DNA of 64,000 bases from Candidatus Eiseniibacteriota bacterium (GTDB lineage Bacteria > Eisenbacteria > RBG-16-71-46), in the NCBI GenBank assembly GCA_963776245.1, contig CAVZLN010000006.1, positions 517,215 to 581,214 on the forward strand, in the 5' to 3' direction. Positions 9,642 through 18,180 of the stretch are shown piece by piece. The notes below the pieces were generated by a model that saw only the letters and a list, made by a program, of their open reading frames with translations, was not told where the DNA came from and made no database searches. How positions within the stretch are numbered: position 1 is the stretch's first letter; every line of letters starts with the position of its first letter. The position numbers and the translations under genes are program-made.

Positions 9642-11138
9642 GTGGCACCGTGCGGCGTGGCGCTTTCCCCTCCTCTTCCGCGCGCGGGCCCATGGCTTCG
9701 AGGCACGCTCCTCGTCGTCGCGCTGTTCTGGATCGCCGACCTCGGGCTGTTGCGCGCCGGCACCCCCTACCCGCTCGATGACACCTGGGAGTACGGCGTC
9801 GCGGCACGCCACGTGATGACGGGCGCGCCCTGGCGCACCAACGTGATCCATCCGCCGCTGTGGTCGCTGCGCGATCCCGTCACGGGCACCGTGCCGGTGC
9901 TGGTGCACGGCCCGCTGGTGCCGCTCCTGATGGTGCCGGTGCTCGCGGCGTGCGGTCCCGCGGCCCTCGATCAGACGGCCTGGATGTCCGCGCTGTTCGC
10001 GTGGCTCGCGGCCCTCTTCATCTTCCGCCTCGGCGCGCGCCGGATCTCGACGCCGGTGGGCGCGGCGGCGGCACTGCTGTGGACCTGCTCGCCCCTCACG
10101 CTGCGCGCCGTGCATCACGACGTCACGCTCACCGCGGGGGCGGCGCTGCTCGCGCTCGCGCTCGACCTGCTGGAGCGCGATCGTCCGCGCGCGCTCGCTG
10201 CCGGGCTCGCGCTCGGCGCCGGGGCGCTGGCCCGGCCCGAGTTCCTCCTCGCGCTGGTGCTGGTGCTGCCGCTCGCCCGGCGCGGCGCGTGGCGCGTGAC
10301 GCTGGCCGCGGCGCTGGCGGTGTGGGCCCCGTGGGGATGGCACACCTGGCGCGCGGCCGGCTCGCCCCTGTACAACCTGTCCTCGTACCTCCTCATCGGC
10401 TACACCGAATCGCGCTGGGCCCATTCGGTGCTGCGCGACTTCACGATGCCGCCGGCGGTGTGGCCGCGGACGCTGCTCGAGGCGCTGCCCACGCTGCCCG
10501 ACAAGTGGGCGCACACCTTCCTCCCGGCGGTGAAGGCCGGTTCGCTGGCGCCCACCGGGGGCACCGGATGGCTGGTGTTGCCGGGACTCGGCATGGCGCT
10601 CGCCGCGCCCGCCCTGAGACGGCTGGCGGCGGTGGCGGCGGCACTCGCGATGGTGCCGGTCGCCATCCTGACGCTGGCGGTCCCCGACTCGCGCTACCTG
10701 GTGCCGTTCCTGCCGCTGTGGGCGCTGGCCGCCGCATGGGGCGCGGCGAGCGCCGCACGGCTGCTGCCGGTGTGGGCGCGCCGTCCGCGCGCGTGGATGG
10801 GGCTGCTGCTGTTGCTCGTGCTGCCCTCGCTGGGGCCCGCGATGCGCACCGCGGCGGTCGAGTCGCATGCGCTGCAGACGGAGCTCGCGCGCGCGCGCGC
10901 CCTGCTCGAACCGCTCCGGGCCATCCACGGGGTGCCCGGTGAACCCATCGCACCGCTGTTCACCGACCGGCCCGATCTCGCCGCGTGGACCACCGGGCGG
11001 AGCGCGGTCTGGCTCACGCGCGCGGAGTACGAGCGGCTGCCCCGGGTCGCGGCCACGGAAGCCGGCGCTCCCCGCCGGGCCTCGCCCGCGATCCCGTCGC
11101 GCGAGGACGGCGTGCCGATCTGGTTCGGCGAGGACTGA
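9642..11138 (+). CDS. Polytopic membrane protein, putative glycosyltransferase (GT39/GT83 ArnT/PMT-like)
   Basis: Protein-like portion of ORF 8211..11138 from a GTG near 9642. It contains 10 or more hydrophobic helices and an early DD/E-containing loop (PLDDTWEYG). Divergent from the 8298..9563 gene. Start is approximate. Confidence 0.5.
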   Translation: MAPCGVALSPPLPRAGPWLRGTLLVVALFWIADLGLLRAGTPYPLDDTWEYGVAARHVMTGAPWRTNVIHPPLWSLRDPVTGTVPVLVHGPLVPLLMVPVLAACGPAALDQTAWMSALFAWLAALFIFRLGARRISTPVGAAAALLWTCSPLTLRAVHHDVTLTAGAALLALALDLLERDRPRALAAGLALGAGALARPEFLLALVLVLPLARRGAWRVTLAAALAVWAPWGWHTWRAAGSPLYNLSSYLLIGYTESRWAHSVLRDFTMPPAVWPRTLLEALPTLPDKWAHTFLPAVKAGSLAPTGGTGWLVLPGLGMALAAPALRRLAAVAAALAMVPVAILTLAVPDSRYLVPFLPLWALAAAWGAASAARLLPVWARRPRAWMGLLLLLVLPSLGPAMRTAAVESHALQTELARARALLEPLRAIHGVPGEPIAPLFTDRPDLAAWTTGRSAVWLTRAEYERLPRVAATEAGAPRRASPAIPSREDGVPIWFGED

Positions 11139-11198
11139 GCCCGCTCGCGGGCCGCGCCGCAGGACGCCTGCGGTTCCCGGCGCCGCGCCCGCGGCGGG

Positions 11199-12413
11199 CT
11201 ACTCGTAGCGCAGCGCTTCCACCGGATCGAGCTGTGAGGCCCGATGCGCGGGGTACCAGCCGAAGAACAAGCCGACCATCGCCGCGAAGCCGAACGCCAC
11301 GGTGACCGCGCTCGCCTCGATGACGGTGGGCCAGCTCGCCAGCTGGGTGATGAGCGTGGCCGCTCCCACCCCGAGCGCCACTCCCAGCGCGCCGCCACCG
11401 AGCGAGAGCATCGCCGACTCGACCAGGAACTGGAGCAGGATGTCGCGGCGTCGCGCGCCGATCGCCCGCCGGATGCCGATCTCGCGGGTGCGCTCGGTGA
11501 CCGACACCAGCATGATGTTCATGATGCCGATGCCGCCCACCAGCAGCGACACCGCGGCGACGCTCGCCAGCAGCAGGGTCATCACCTTGCTGGTCGCCTC
11601 GGCGGTGTTCGCCACCTCGAGCTGGGTGCGCATGAAGAAGTCGAGGTCTCCGCCTGGGCGGATCTTGTGACGCTGGCGCAGCAGGTCGGTGATCTGATTG
11701 ACGGCGTCGTCCACCGCCGACTCGCCGACCGCCGACAGGACGATGTTGTGCACCCAGGTGATGCCGAGGAGCTTGCGCTGCACGGTGGTGAGCGGGGCGA
11801 AGATGACGTCGTCCTGGTCGCCGTGATCGGTGCCGCCCTTGGCGGTCATGACGCCGACGACGCGGAACGGCACCTCCTGGATGCGGATGATGGCGCCCAC
11901 GGGACTGCCCTCCCCGAACAGCTGGCGCGCGGTGCTCCGGCCGAGCACGCACACCTTGGCGGCGCCCCGCACGTCGGAGTCGGTGATGAACACCCCGCTC
12001 TCGACCGGCCACTGGCGCACGTCGCTGAACGCGGCGGTCACGCCCTGGATGCTGGTGCCCCAGTTCTGGTTCCCGTACACGACCTGCCGGTTGGTGCGCA
12101 CCACCGGCGCCACCGCGGCCACCGCCGGGCACTCGCGCCCGATGGCGGCGGCATCGTCCAGCGTCAGGGTCGTGATGCCTCCCATGCCCATGTGCGCGCC
12201 ACCGGCGGTGACCGTGCCCGGGATCACCATCAGGACGTTCGCCCCCATGGCGCGGATCTGCGCCTGCACCGCGGTGCGTGCGCCCTGCCCGATGGCCAGC
12301 GTGGTGATGACCGCCGCCACCCCGATGACGATGCCGAGCGTGGTGAGCACGAGACGCATCTTGTTGCGCGTGAGCGCGCTCACGCCGACGGCGAGCACCG
12401 ACGCGAAGTTCAT
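11199..12413 (-). CDS. ABC transporter permease, FtsX/MacB-type (no fused ATPase)
   Basis: MNFASVLAVGVSALTRNKMRLVLTTLGIVIGVAAVI, a large periplasmic domain, then three C-terminal TM helices (FtsX fold). ATGA overlap with the upstream adaptor gene. Confidence 0.85.
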   Translation of the reverse strand: MNFASVLAVGVSALTRNKMRLVLTTLGIVIGVAAVITTLAIGQGARTAVQAQIRAMGANVLMVIPGTVTAGGAHMGMGGITTLTLDDAAAIGRECPAVAAVAPVVRTNRQVVYGNQNWGTSIQGVTAAFSDVRQWPVESGVFITDSDVRGAAKVCVLGRSTARQLFGEGSPVGAIIRIQEVPFRVVGVMTAKGGTDHGDQDDVIFAPLTTVQRKLLGITWVHNIVLSAVGESAVDDAVNQITDLLRQRHKIRPGGDLDFFMRTQLEVANTAEATSKVMTLLLASVAAVSLLVGGIGIMNIMLVSVTERTREIGIRRAIGARRRDILLQFLVESAMLSLGGGALGVALGVGAATLITQLASWPTVIEASAVTVAFGFAAMVGLFFGWYPAHRASQLDPVEALRYE

Positions 12414-13780
12414 CGCCGGCCTCCTCCGCCCATCATCGGACCTCCCATGCCGGGAGGCGGCCGCAGGTTGCCACGCGCGGTCACGTCGAGGCCGACGATC
12501 ACGGTGCCGCCCGGCTGGAGCGCGTCGGCCCTCACCTCGGTGTACGCGCCGTCGGTGATGCCGGTGAGCACCTCGACCGGCACGGGCTTGCCGCCGCGCA
12601 GCACGTACACGGTGCCGGGCTTGAAGGCCGGGGGCTCGGTCGCCCCGCCGGCCGGCGTCGCCTCGCCGCGCATCCCGCGCATCCCGCCGCCCGCGCCGCG
12701 CGCGCGCCCTCCGGGCATCGCGCCACCCATGCCGTGCGTGGGCGCGCCTTCCCGCGGCCCCGCCACCGCCACGCCCCCGTCGGACCCGCCAGGGCCCGCG
12801 CGACCACTTCCATCCCGACCGCCGCGCTCGCCCGCGCCCCGGCCGCTCGTCCCGCGCTTCGGGTCCACCGGGGGCTTGAATCGCAGCGCCGCGTTGGGGA
12901 CCCGGATCACGTCGTCCCGCCTCGCCACCCGCACGGTGACGTTCGCCGTCATCCCGGGCCGCAGCCGGAGGTCGGGATTGCGGGTCTGGATGACGGTGGT
13001 GTAGGTGACCACGTTCTGCTCGACGATGGGCTCGAGGCGCACCTGCTGGACCTCGCCCCGGAAGGTGACATCGGGGAACGCGTCCACGGTGAAGGTGGCC
13101 GGCAGCCCGGGCCGGATCACGCCGATGTCGGATTCGTCGATACGGGTCTCGATCTGCATCGCGTGCAGGTCGTTCGCGATCACGAACAGCTTGGGTGCCG
13201 TCAGGCTGGCCGCGACCGTCTGTCCGCGGTCGATGGAGCGCGAGATGACCACGCCGTCGACCGGGGCGCGGATGGTGGTGTTCGCGAGATCCACGCGCGC
13301 GACCTCGAGCTGCGCCCGCGCCTGCTTCACGTCGGCCTCCCGCTGGCGCACCTGCACCTCGGCGGCCTCGACGTCGGCCTGCGAGACGTAGTTCTCGGAG
13401 ATCAGCTCCTTCGCGCGCCGGAACTGGCGCTGGCCGTCGAGCAGCGCCGCCTCCGCCCGCGCCACCGCGGCCTCGGCCTGGAGCTGGCGGGCACGGAACG
13501 ACGACGACTCGATCTGGAGCAGCACCTGGCCCTTGCGCACCTGCGAGTTGTAGTCGGCGAACAGCTCCGCGACCGTGCCGCTCACCTGGCTGCCGATCTC
13601 CACCTGCACCACCGGGCGCACCGTGCCGGTGGCCGAGACCTGGGACTCGATGGAGCCGCGCTCGACCGCCGCGGTGCGGAAGCGCGGGGCCTCGGGGGCG
13701 CGGCTGCGGAGCCACCCGACGAAGGCCAGCGCCGCCACCACGAGTGCGATGGCCAGGATGATCGTGCGAGATCGGTTCAC
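12410..13780 (-). CDS. Efflux periplasmic adaptor (HlyD/MacA family)
   Basis: N-terminal TM anchor, coiled-coil region (QLQAEAAVARAEAALL...), β-barrel and membrane-proximal domains, then a Gly/Arg-rich tail. Confidence 0.85.
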   Translation of the reverse strand: MNRSRTIILAIALVVAALAFVGWLRSRAPEAPRFRTAAVERGSIESQVSATGTVRPVVQVEIGSQVSGTVAELFADYNSQVRKGQVLLQIESSSFRARQLQAEAAVARAEAALLDGQRQFRRAKELISENYVSQADVEAAEVQVRQREADVKQARAQLEVARVDLANTTIRAPVDGVVISRSIDRGQTVAASLTAPKLFVIANDLHAMQIETRIDESDIGVIRPGLPATFTVDAFPDVTFRGEVQQVRLEPIVEQNVVTYTTVIQTRNPDLRLRPGMTANVTVRVARRDDVIRVPNAALRFKPPVDPKRGTSGRGAGERGGRDGSGRAGPGGSDGGVAVAGPREGAPTHGMGGAMPGGRARGAGGGMRGMRGEATPAGGATEPPAFKPGTVYVLRGGKPVPVEVLTGITDGAYTEVRADALQPGGTVIVGLDVTARGNLRPPPGMGGPMMGGGGRR

Positions 13781-13867
13781 GGAGCCTCCTCCCGGGTCCT
13801 CGATGCCGGCGTGGGGCGCCGCGCGGATGGGTGCTCACAAGGGACGTCCGAACATAGCAGATGACTC

Positions 13868-14010
13868 GCGGGCGCGCCCCGCGGGGCGACGAGCGCCGCG
13901 CTCCGGGCGACGGGCGCGCGGGAGTCGGGCGCCGCGCTCCGGGTGGCGGGTGCGCGGGAGTCGGGCGCCCGGCTCCGGGCGACCGGGGCGCGCGGAAGCC
14001 GGGGTGCGGG
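13868..14010. repeat. Degenerate ~36-bp tandem repeat, ~4 copies (GGGCGCGCGGGAGTCGGGCGCCGCGCTCCGGGCGAC-like)
   Basis: Direct repeats are visible in the intergenic region between the macA-like start and the upstream lipoprotein gene. The overlapping ORF 13861..14124 is Gly/Arg-repeat nonsense. Confidence 0.6.
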
Positions 14011-14017
14011 GCCGGGC

Positions 14018-14917
14018 CTATTCGCGCAGCAACCGCTCGTCGCCGGGCGCGGTGTGCTCCCAGTAGGCGATGCGCACCGTGTTCTGCAGCTCGAGCCGGC
14101 GCCCGGTGGTGGTCTCCATCTTGAGCATCACGTGCGGGGCCTCGGCGTCGAACCAGTAGAGGTCGGTGCCGCGCGCCGTGGTCACGGTGAAGTGGCGGGC
14201 CACGTACGCGCCGTCCGGGACCGAGAGCGGCACCGTTCCGACCATGCGCACGGTGGCCGGCACCGGCACGGTCGCCTCGAGCGGACTGCTGCTGCCGACC
14301 TGGCTCGGCAGCAGCCCGACCCGCCGTTCGAACGGCGCGCTCTCCCCCGCCAGCGCGCGCAGCGTGACCGGGAGCGCGTCGGTCCACCACAGCTCGCCCT
14401 TGGGCACGGCGATCGCCACCTCGCGATCGCCCTCGCCCTCCCGGTAGGAGTGCGCGGTATGGGTGAGCCGCCCGCGGCGCGGTCCGACGCTCACGAACAC
14501 CATGCCGCGGCCCTCGGTGCTGCTCATGGTCTCCTTCAGGGGACGCAGGTCGGAGCGCCTCAGGAACACCGACACCATCTGATGGTAGGCGTACGTGCCG
14601 GTGGGATAGTCCACGATGAAGTTCATCTTCATCGCCTCGCACGTCCGCCCCGGGATGGCACCGGAATCGCTCTTCACCAGCGAGGCCTCGAGCACGTCCT
14701 CCTTCATCAGGATGACCTCGGCGGCGGTCGGGCGGTCGGCGCCGTATTGCGCCGTGGTGCCCGAGTAGAGCGACACCTCGGCCTGGCCGTCGTCCCACCG
14801 GTGGTCCGCCGCGAAGGCCGGCGCGTGCGCCCCGGATCTCGCGCCCGGCAGCCCGCCGCATCCCGCGGCGAGCGCCGCGATCGCCCCGCACAGCACCGCG
14901 CGCTTCACGTGATCCAT
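14018..14917 (-). CDS. Lipoprotein, function unknown
   Basis: Signal peptide with lipobox LAAGC, then a globular domain. No family recognised. Confidence 0.5.
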   Translation of the reverse strand: MDHVKRAVLCGAIAALAAGCGGLPGARSGAHAPAFAADHRWDDGQAEVSLYSGTTAQYGADRPTAAEVILMKEDVLEASLVKSDSGAIPGRTCEAMKMNFIVDYPTGTYAYHQMVSVFLRRSDLRPLKETMSSTEGRGMVFVSVGPRRGRLTHTAHSYREGEGDREVAIAVPKGELWWTDALPVTLRALAGESAPFERRVGLLPSQVGSSSPLEATVPVPATVRMVGTVPLSVPDGAYVARHFTVTTARGTDLYWFDAEAPHVMLKMETTTGRRLELQNTVRIAYWEHTAPGDERLLRE

Positions 14918-14921
14918 CGGG

Positions 14922-15578
14922 TCATCCTCCCTGGGCCGGGCCCTTCAGGTTGTCGTTCAGCGCCTGAGCGAGCGCGCCCAGCCGCCGGTCGAAGAAGTGG
15001 CTCGCGCCGTCGACCTCGACCAGCGTCCGGGGCTCCGCCCAGCCCGTGAACTGGGCGTGGAGCTGGTGCGGCGGACACACCTCGTCGGCGCTGCCCTGGA
15101 TCACCAGCTTCGGGGTCGACAGCGTCCGCAGGACATCGAACGACACCGTGCCCACCGGAGGCGCGATCAGCACCACGCGCTCGATCGCGGCCTCCGCCGC
15201 GGCCAGCCGGGCGGCGATCCACGAGCCGAACGAGAACCCCGCCACCCACAGCCGCGCCCGCGGATAGCGCTCGCGCAGGGCTTCGAGCGCCGCGCGCGCG
15301 TCCTCGAGCTCGCCCTGGCCATGGTCGTGGGCGCCGGCGCTCGCGCCCGCGCCGCGGAAGTTGAACCGCAGCACCGCCGCACCGAGGGCGTGGAGCGTGG
15401 CCGCCGCGCGGTGGACCACCTTGTTGTGCAGGGTGCCGCCGTAGAGCGGATGGGGATGACACACCACGGCCGCGAGCGCGTGGTCGCGCGCGCCGGATTC
15501 CTGCAGCACCGCCTCGAGCCGGCCCGCCGGGCCGTCGAGCTCGAGGTGCACGAGGCGCGAGGGGCTCCGGTGCGCGTC
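14922..15578 (-). CDS. Alpha/beta-fold hydrolase (COG2945-like)
   Basis: MTDAHRSP...HPHPLYGGTLHNKVV...GFSFGSW (GxSxG nucleophile elbow)...GSADEV...H. The N-terminal extension in ORF 14922..16145 is low-complexity shadow. Confidence 0.6.
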   Translation of the reverse strand, partial: DAHRSPSRLVHLELDGPAGRLEAVLQESGARDHALAAVVCHPHPLYGGTLHNKVVHRAAATLHALGAAVLRFNFRGAGASAGAHDHGQGELEDARAALEALRERYPRARLWVAGFSFGSWIAARLAAAEAAIERVVLIAPPVGTVSFDVLRTLSTPKLVIQGSADEVCPPHQLHAQFTGWAEPRTLVEVDGASHFFDRRLGALAQALNDNLKGPAQGG

Positions 15579-15580
15579 CG

Positions 15581-16081
15581 TCATCGGCGACGCGGACCCG
15601 GGGCCGGCCCGCCGAAGCGCGCGCGGAGCTTCTGCGCGAGCTCGGCCTCGAGCGTGGCGAAGTTGAGCCCATTGCCGTCGCCGATCGCCAGCACACAACC
15701 GGCGTCCAGCATCCACTCCTCGAACCCCAGCGGTGTGGTCTCCTCGAAATCCATGAGATCGCTGGTGATGCGCCCGGGAAAGGTCTCGAACTCGTCGTTC
15801 CAGGTGTCGAGGAACATCACCTCGTCCGTGCCATTGAGCATGCCCACCGACGACAGATGGTCGAGCTCGCCGGGGGCCAGCAGGAGCACGCCGCGATGCT
15901 GGCTGGCGCGGATGCCCTCGGCCCGCAGACGGCGGCGCAGGGTCGGCCACTCCCCCGGGCGCTCCTGCCCGTCGAGCACCGGGATCGCGCACATCGCGAG
16001 CTCGGGCATCAGGTCGAGCCAGGCGTCGAGGATGTCGCTGACCGTGGCGGTGACGCGACCGTGATGGAGCTTCTCGCTCAT
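15581..16081 (-). CDS. Hypothetical acidic protein
   Basis: MSEKLHHGRVTATVSDILDAWLDL...; 166 aa, 2 nt upstream of the hydrolase gene. The upstream part of ORF 15581..16384 is low-complexity. Confidence 0.4.
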   Translation of the reverse strand: MSEKLHHGRVTATVSDILDAWLDLMPELAMCAIPVLDGQERPGEWPTLRRRLRAEGIRASQHRGVLLLAPGELDHLSSVGMLNGTDEVMFLDTWNDEFETFPGRITSDLMDFEETTPLGFEEWMLDAGCVLAIGDGNGLNFATLEAELAQKLRARFGGPAPGPRRR

Positions 16082-16146
16082 CGGCGTGCTCGGGGCTCGG
16101 GTGCGGTGCGGCACGGGCTGCGTCTGCGGCGCTTCCGCGGCGCATC

Positions 16147-18180
16147 CTACCGTGGCGGGCCGGACGCGGGAAGCGGGGCCGGACCTCCAGCCGCCTGGCG
16201 GCGCTCGCGCGCGGGGAGCGTGAGCACCGGGCAGCGCACCAGGTGGCGCAGCCCGGAGGTGGTGGAGCCGTGGACCAGGTCCTCCAGCAGCCGGTGGCCG
16301 TGCGACCCGGTGATGAGCAGATCGGCGTCGATCTCCTCCACCAGCCGCGCCAGTTCGGACTTCACGTCCCCGAAGCCGAGGCACCCCGAGGCGCTGAAGC
16401 CCGCCGCCTGCAGCTCGGTGGCCAGATCGTCGAGCGCCGTCTGGTCCTCGCGCGCTTCGCGGTCGAGGGTGTCGCGGCCCAGGAAACGGCCGGCGGCGCT
16501 CTCGACCACGTGGAGCAGGACGACCTCGGCGCCGGCGCGCAGCACCAGGGAGCGGACGTGCTCAAGCACCGGGCGGTCGGCCTCCCCCAGCTCGAGCGCC
16601 AGCGCGATGCGCCGGTAGGGCGCCGGCGTGCGCTCGCCCGGGGCCAGGTGCGGGGCGCCCGCCTCCACTGGACGGGCGGGTTCGGGCGCCGCGGTCGCGA
16701 GCGCAGGCGCCAGCCGCCTCAGGAGCGGCATCGCCACGATGTAAGCGAGCAACAGCGCGATCGCGATCACCACCGGCAGCACCAGCGCCGGCAGCCACCA
16801 CCCTCCCGGTCCGGCGTTCGCGAACCAGCCGGAGAGGGTGTCGTACACGAGCTTGGCGTTGAGCCCGATGATGAGCGCCGAAGCGAGCACGGCGAGTGTC
16901 ACCAGCCAGGGCGGATTGGCGAATCCGCCCATCAGTCGTCGGTCGCTGGTGAAGGTCACCAGCGGCACCACCGCGAACGAGAGCTGCAGGCTCAGCACCA
17001 CCTGCGAGAGCACCAGGAGCGAGTCCACCGAGCGCTCGCCGCGCAACGCGATGAACGCGATCGCCGGCACGATGGCGAGTCCGCGACTGATCATGCGGCG
17101 CAGCCACGGCTGGATGCGCCAGTGGAGGAAGCCCTCCATCACGATCTGTCCGGCGAGTGTGCCGGTGATGGTGCTGGCCTGTCCGGAAGCCAGCAGCGCG
17201 ACCGCGAACAGCGTCGACGCGAGCGAGGTGCCGAGCAGCGGGGCGAGCAGGCGATGGGCGTCCTCCAGCCGGGCGACCTCGTGATGGCCGGTGAAGTAGA
17301 AGGTCGAGGCGGCGAGCACCAGGATCGCGCCGTTCACCAACAACGCGGTGTTGAGCGCAATCGCCGAATCCACGGTGTTCATCCGGCACGCCTCGCGTTT
17401 CGCCGCCACCGACCCCGCGACCGCGCGGCTCTGGACCAGCGCGGAGTGCAGGTAGAGGTTGTGCGGCATCACCGTGGCCCCGAGGATGCCCATCGCGATG
17501 TAGAGCGAGTCCCCCTGCAGTCCGAGCACGGTCAGGCCGCCGCCGGACCCGCGCCCGAACAGGCTCGGTGCCCCATCCGCTCCGCGCGGAATCACGTGGG
17601 ACAGCACTGCCGCCCAGTCCGGGCGCGACAGCAGGATCTCGACCCCGAAGCACAGGCCCATCGTGGCGATGAGGCTGAGGATCAGCGCTTCCAGCCAGCG
17701 CATGCCGAGGCGCGAGAACGCGAGGAGCAGCAGCACGTCGAGCGCGGTGAGGAGCACGCCGACCATCAGCGGCAAACCGAACAGCAGTTGCAGCCCGATG
17801 GCGGCGCCCAACACCTCCGCGAGGTCGCACGCCACGATGGCGAGCTCGCACATCAGCCACAGCGGCATCACCAGCCAGCGCGGGTAGTACTCGCGGCAGG
17901 CCTGGGCCAGGTCGCGACCGGTCACCACGCCGAAACGCGCGGCCAGCGTCTGGAGCAGGATCGCAAGCAGGTTGCTCAGCACGATCACCCAGACCAGCTG
18001 GTATCCGAACCGCGCTCCGCCGGCGAGGTCGGTGGCCCAGTTGCCCGGATCCATGTAGCCCACGCTCACCAGATACGCCGGGCCCGCGAACGCGAACAAT
18101 CGGCGGATCCACGGCCCGGTGGCCGACACCGGCACGGTGCCGTGATGTTCGGGGAGTGAGCGGCGGTCGGGACCCGTCAT
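16147..18180 (-). CDS. mntH: Nramp-family divalent metal (Mn2+/Fe2+) transporter MntH fused to a C-terminal universal stress protein (UspA) domain
   Basis: Nramp motifs GPAYLVSVGYMDPGNWATDL and MPHNLYLHSALV with 11–12 TMs. The C-terminal ~150 aa (LLHVVESAAG...GSHGH...VLTLP) matches the UspA α/β fold. Confidence 0.85.
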   Translation of the reverse strand: MTGPDRRSLPEHHGTVPVSATGPWIRRLFAFAGPAYLVSVGYMDPGNWATDLAGGARFGYQLVWVIVLSNLLAILLQTLAARFGVVTGRDLAQACREYYPRWLVMPLWLMCELAIVACDLAEVLGAAIGLQLLFGLPLMVGVLLTALDVLLLLAFSRLGMRWLEALILSLIATMGLCFGVEILLSRPDWAAVLSHVIPRGADGAPSLFGRGSGGGLTVLGLQGDSLYIAMGILGATVMPHNLYLHSALVQSRAVAGSVAAKREACRMNTVDSAIALNTALLVNGAILVLAASTFYFTGHHEVARLEDAHRLLAPLLGTSLASTLFAVALLASGQASTITGTLAGQIVMEGFLHWRIQPWLRRMISRGLAIVPAIAFIALRGERSVDSLLVLSQVVLSLQLSFAVVPLVTFTSDRRLMGGFANPPWLVTLAVLASALIIGLNAKLVYDTLSGWFANAGPGGWWLPALVLPVVIAIALLLAYIVAMPLLRRLAPALATAAPEPARPVEAGAPHLAPGERTPAPYRRIALALELGEADRPVLEHVRSLVLRAGAEVVLLHVVESAAGRFLGRDTLDREAREDQTALDDLATELQAAGFSASGCLGFGDVKSELARLVEEIDADLLITGSHGHRLLEDLVHGSTTSGLRHLVRCPVLTLPARERRQAAGGPAPLPASGPPR

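Noticed and set aside
9775-9790. Apparent extra A at the 9780/9781 line junction that would frameshift the membrane-GT gene
   Set aside because: The supplied ORF-track translation (…PLDDTWEYGVAARH…) reads straight through. This is most likely my misreading of the printed sequence rather than a real frameshift. Coordinates near here carry ±1 nt uncertainty.
8211-11138. Very long ORFs on both strands: 8211..11138 (+), 8298..10928 (−), 11199..14891 (−), 3451..5490 (−), 6119..8224 (+), 6378..8120 (−), 16243..18159 (+), 18869..20923 (−), 24202..26568 (−), 25128..27401 (+), 45773..48382 (−), 50423..52798 (+) and others
   Set aside because: Their translations are Arg/Ala/Pro/Gly-rich low-complexity sequence, typical of out-of-frame or antisense shadows in ~70% GC DNA. 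Each one overlaps a gene with clear family signatures on another frame or strand. Only the compositionally protein-like sub-segments were kept.
13861-14124. ORF 13861..14124 with repeating GRAGVGRRAPGDG units as a repeat-protein gene
   Set aside because: It lies exactly over the intergenic 36-bp tandem repeat, has no plausible start context, and is composed almost entirely of G/R/A/P. It is treated as a DNA repeat rather than a coding sequence.
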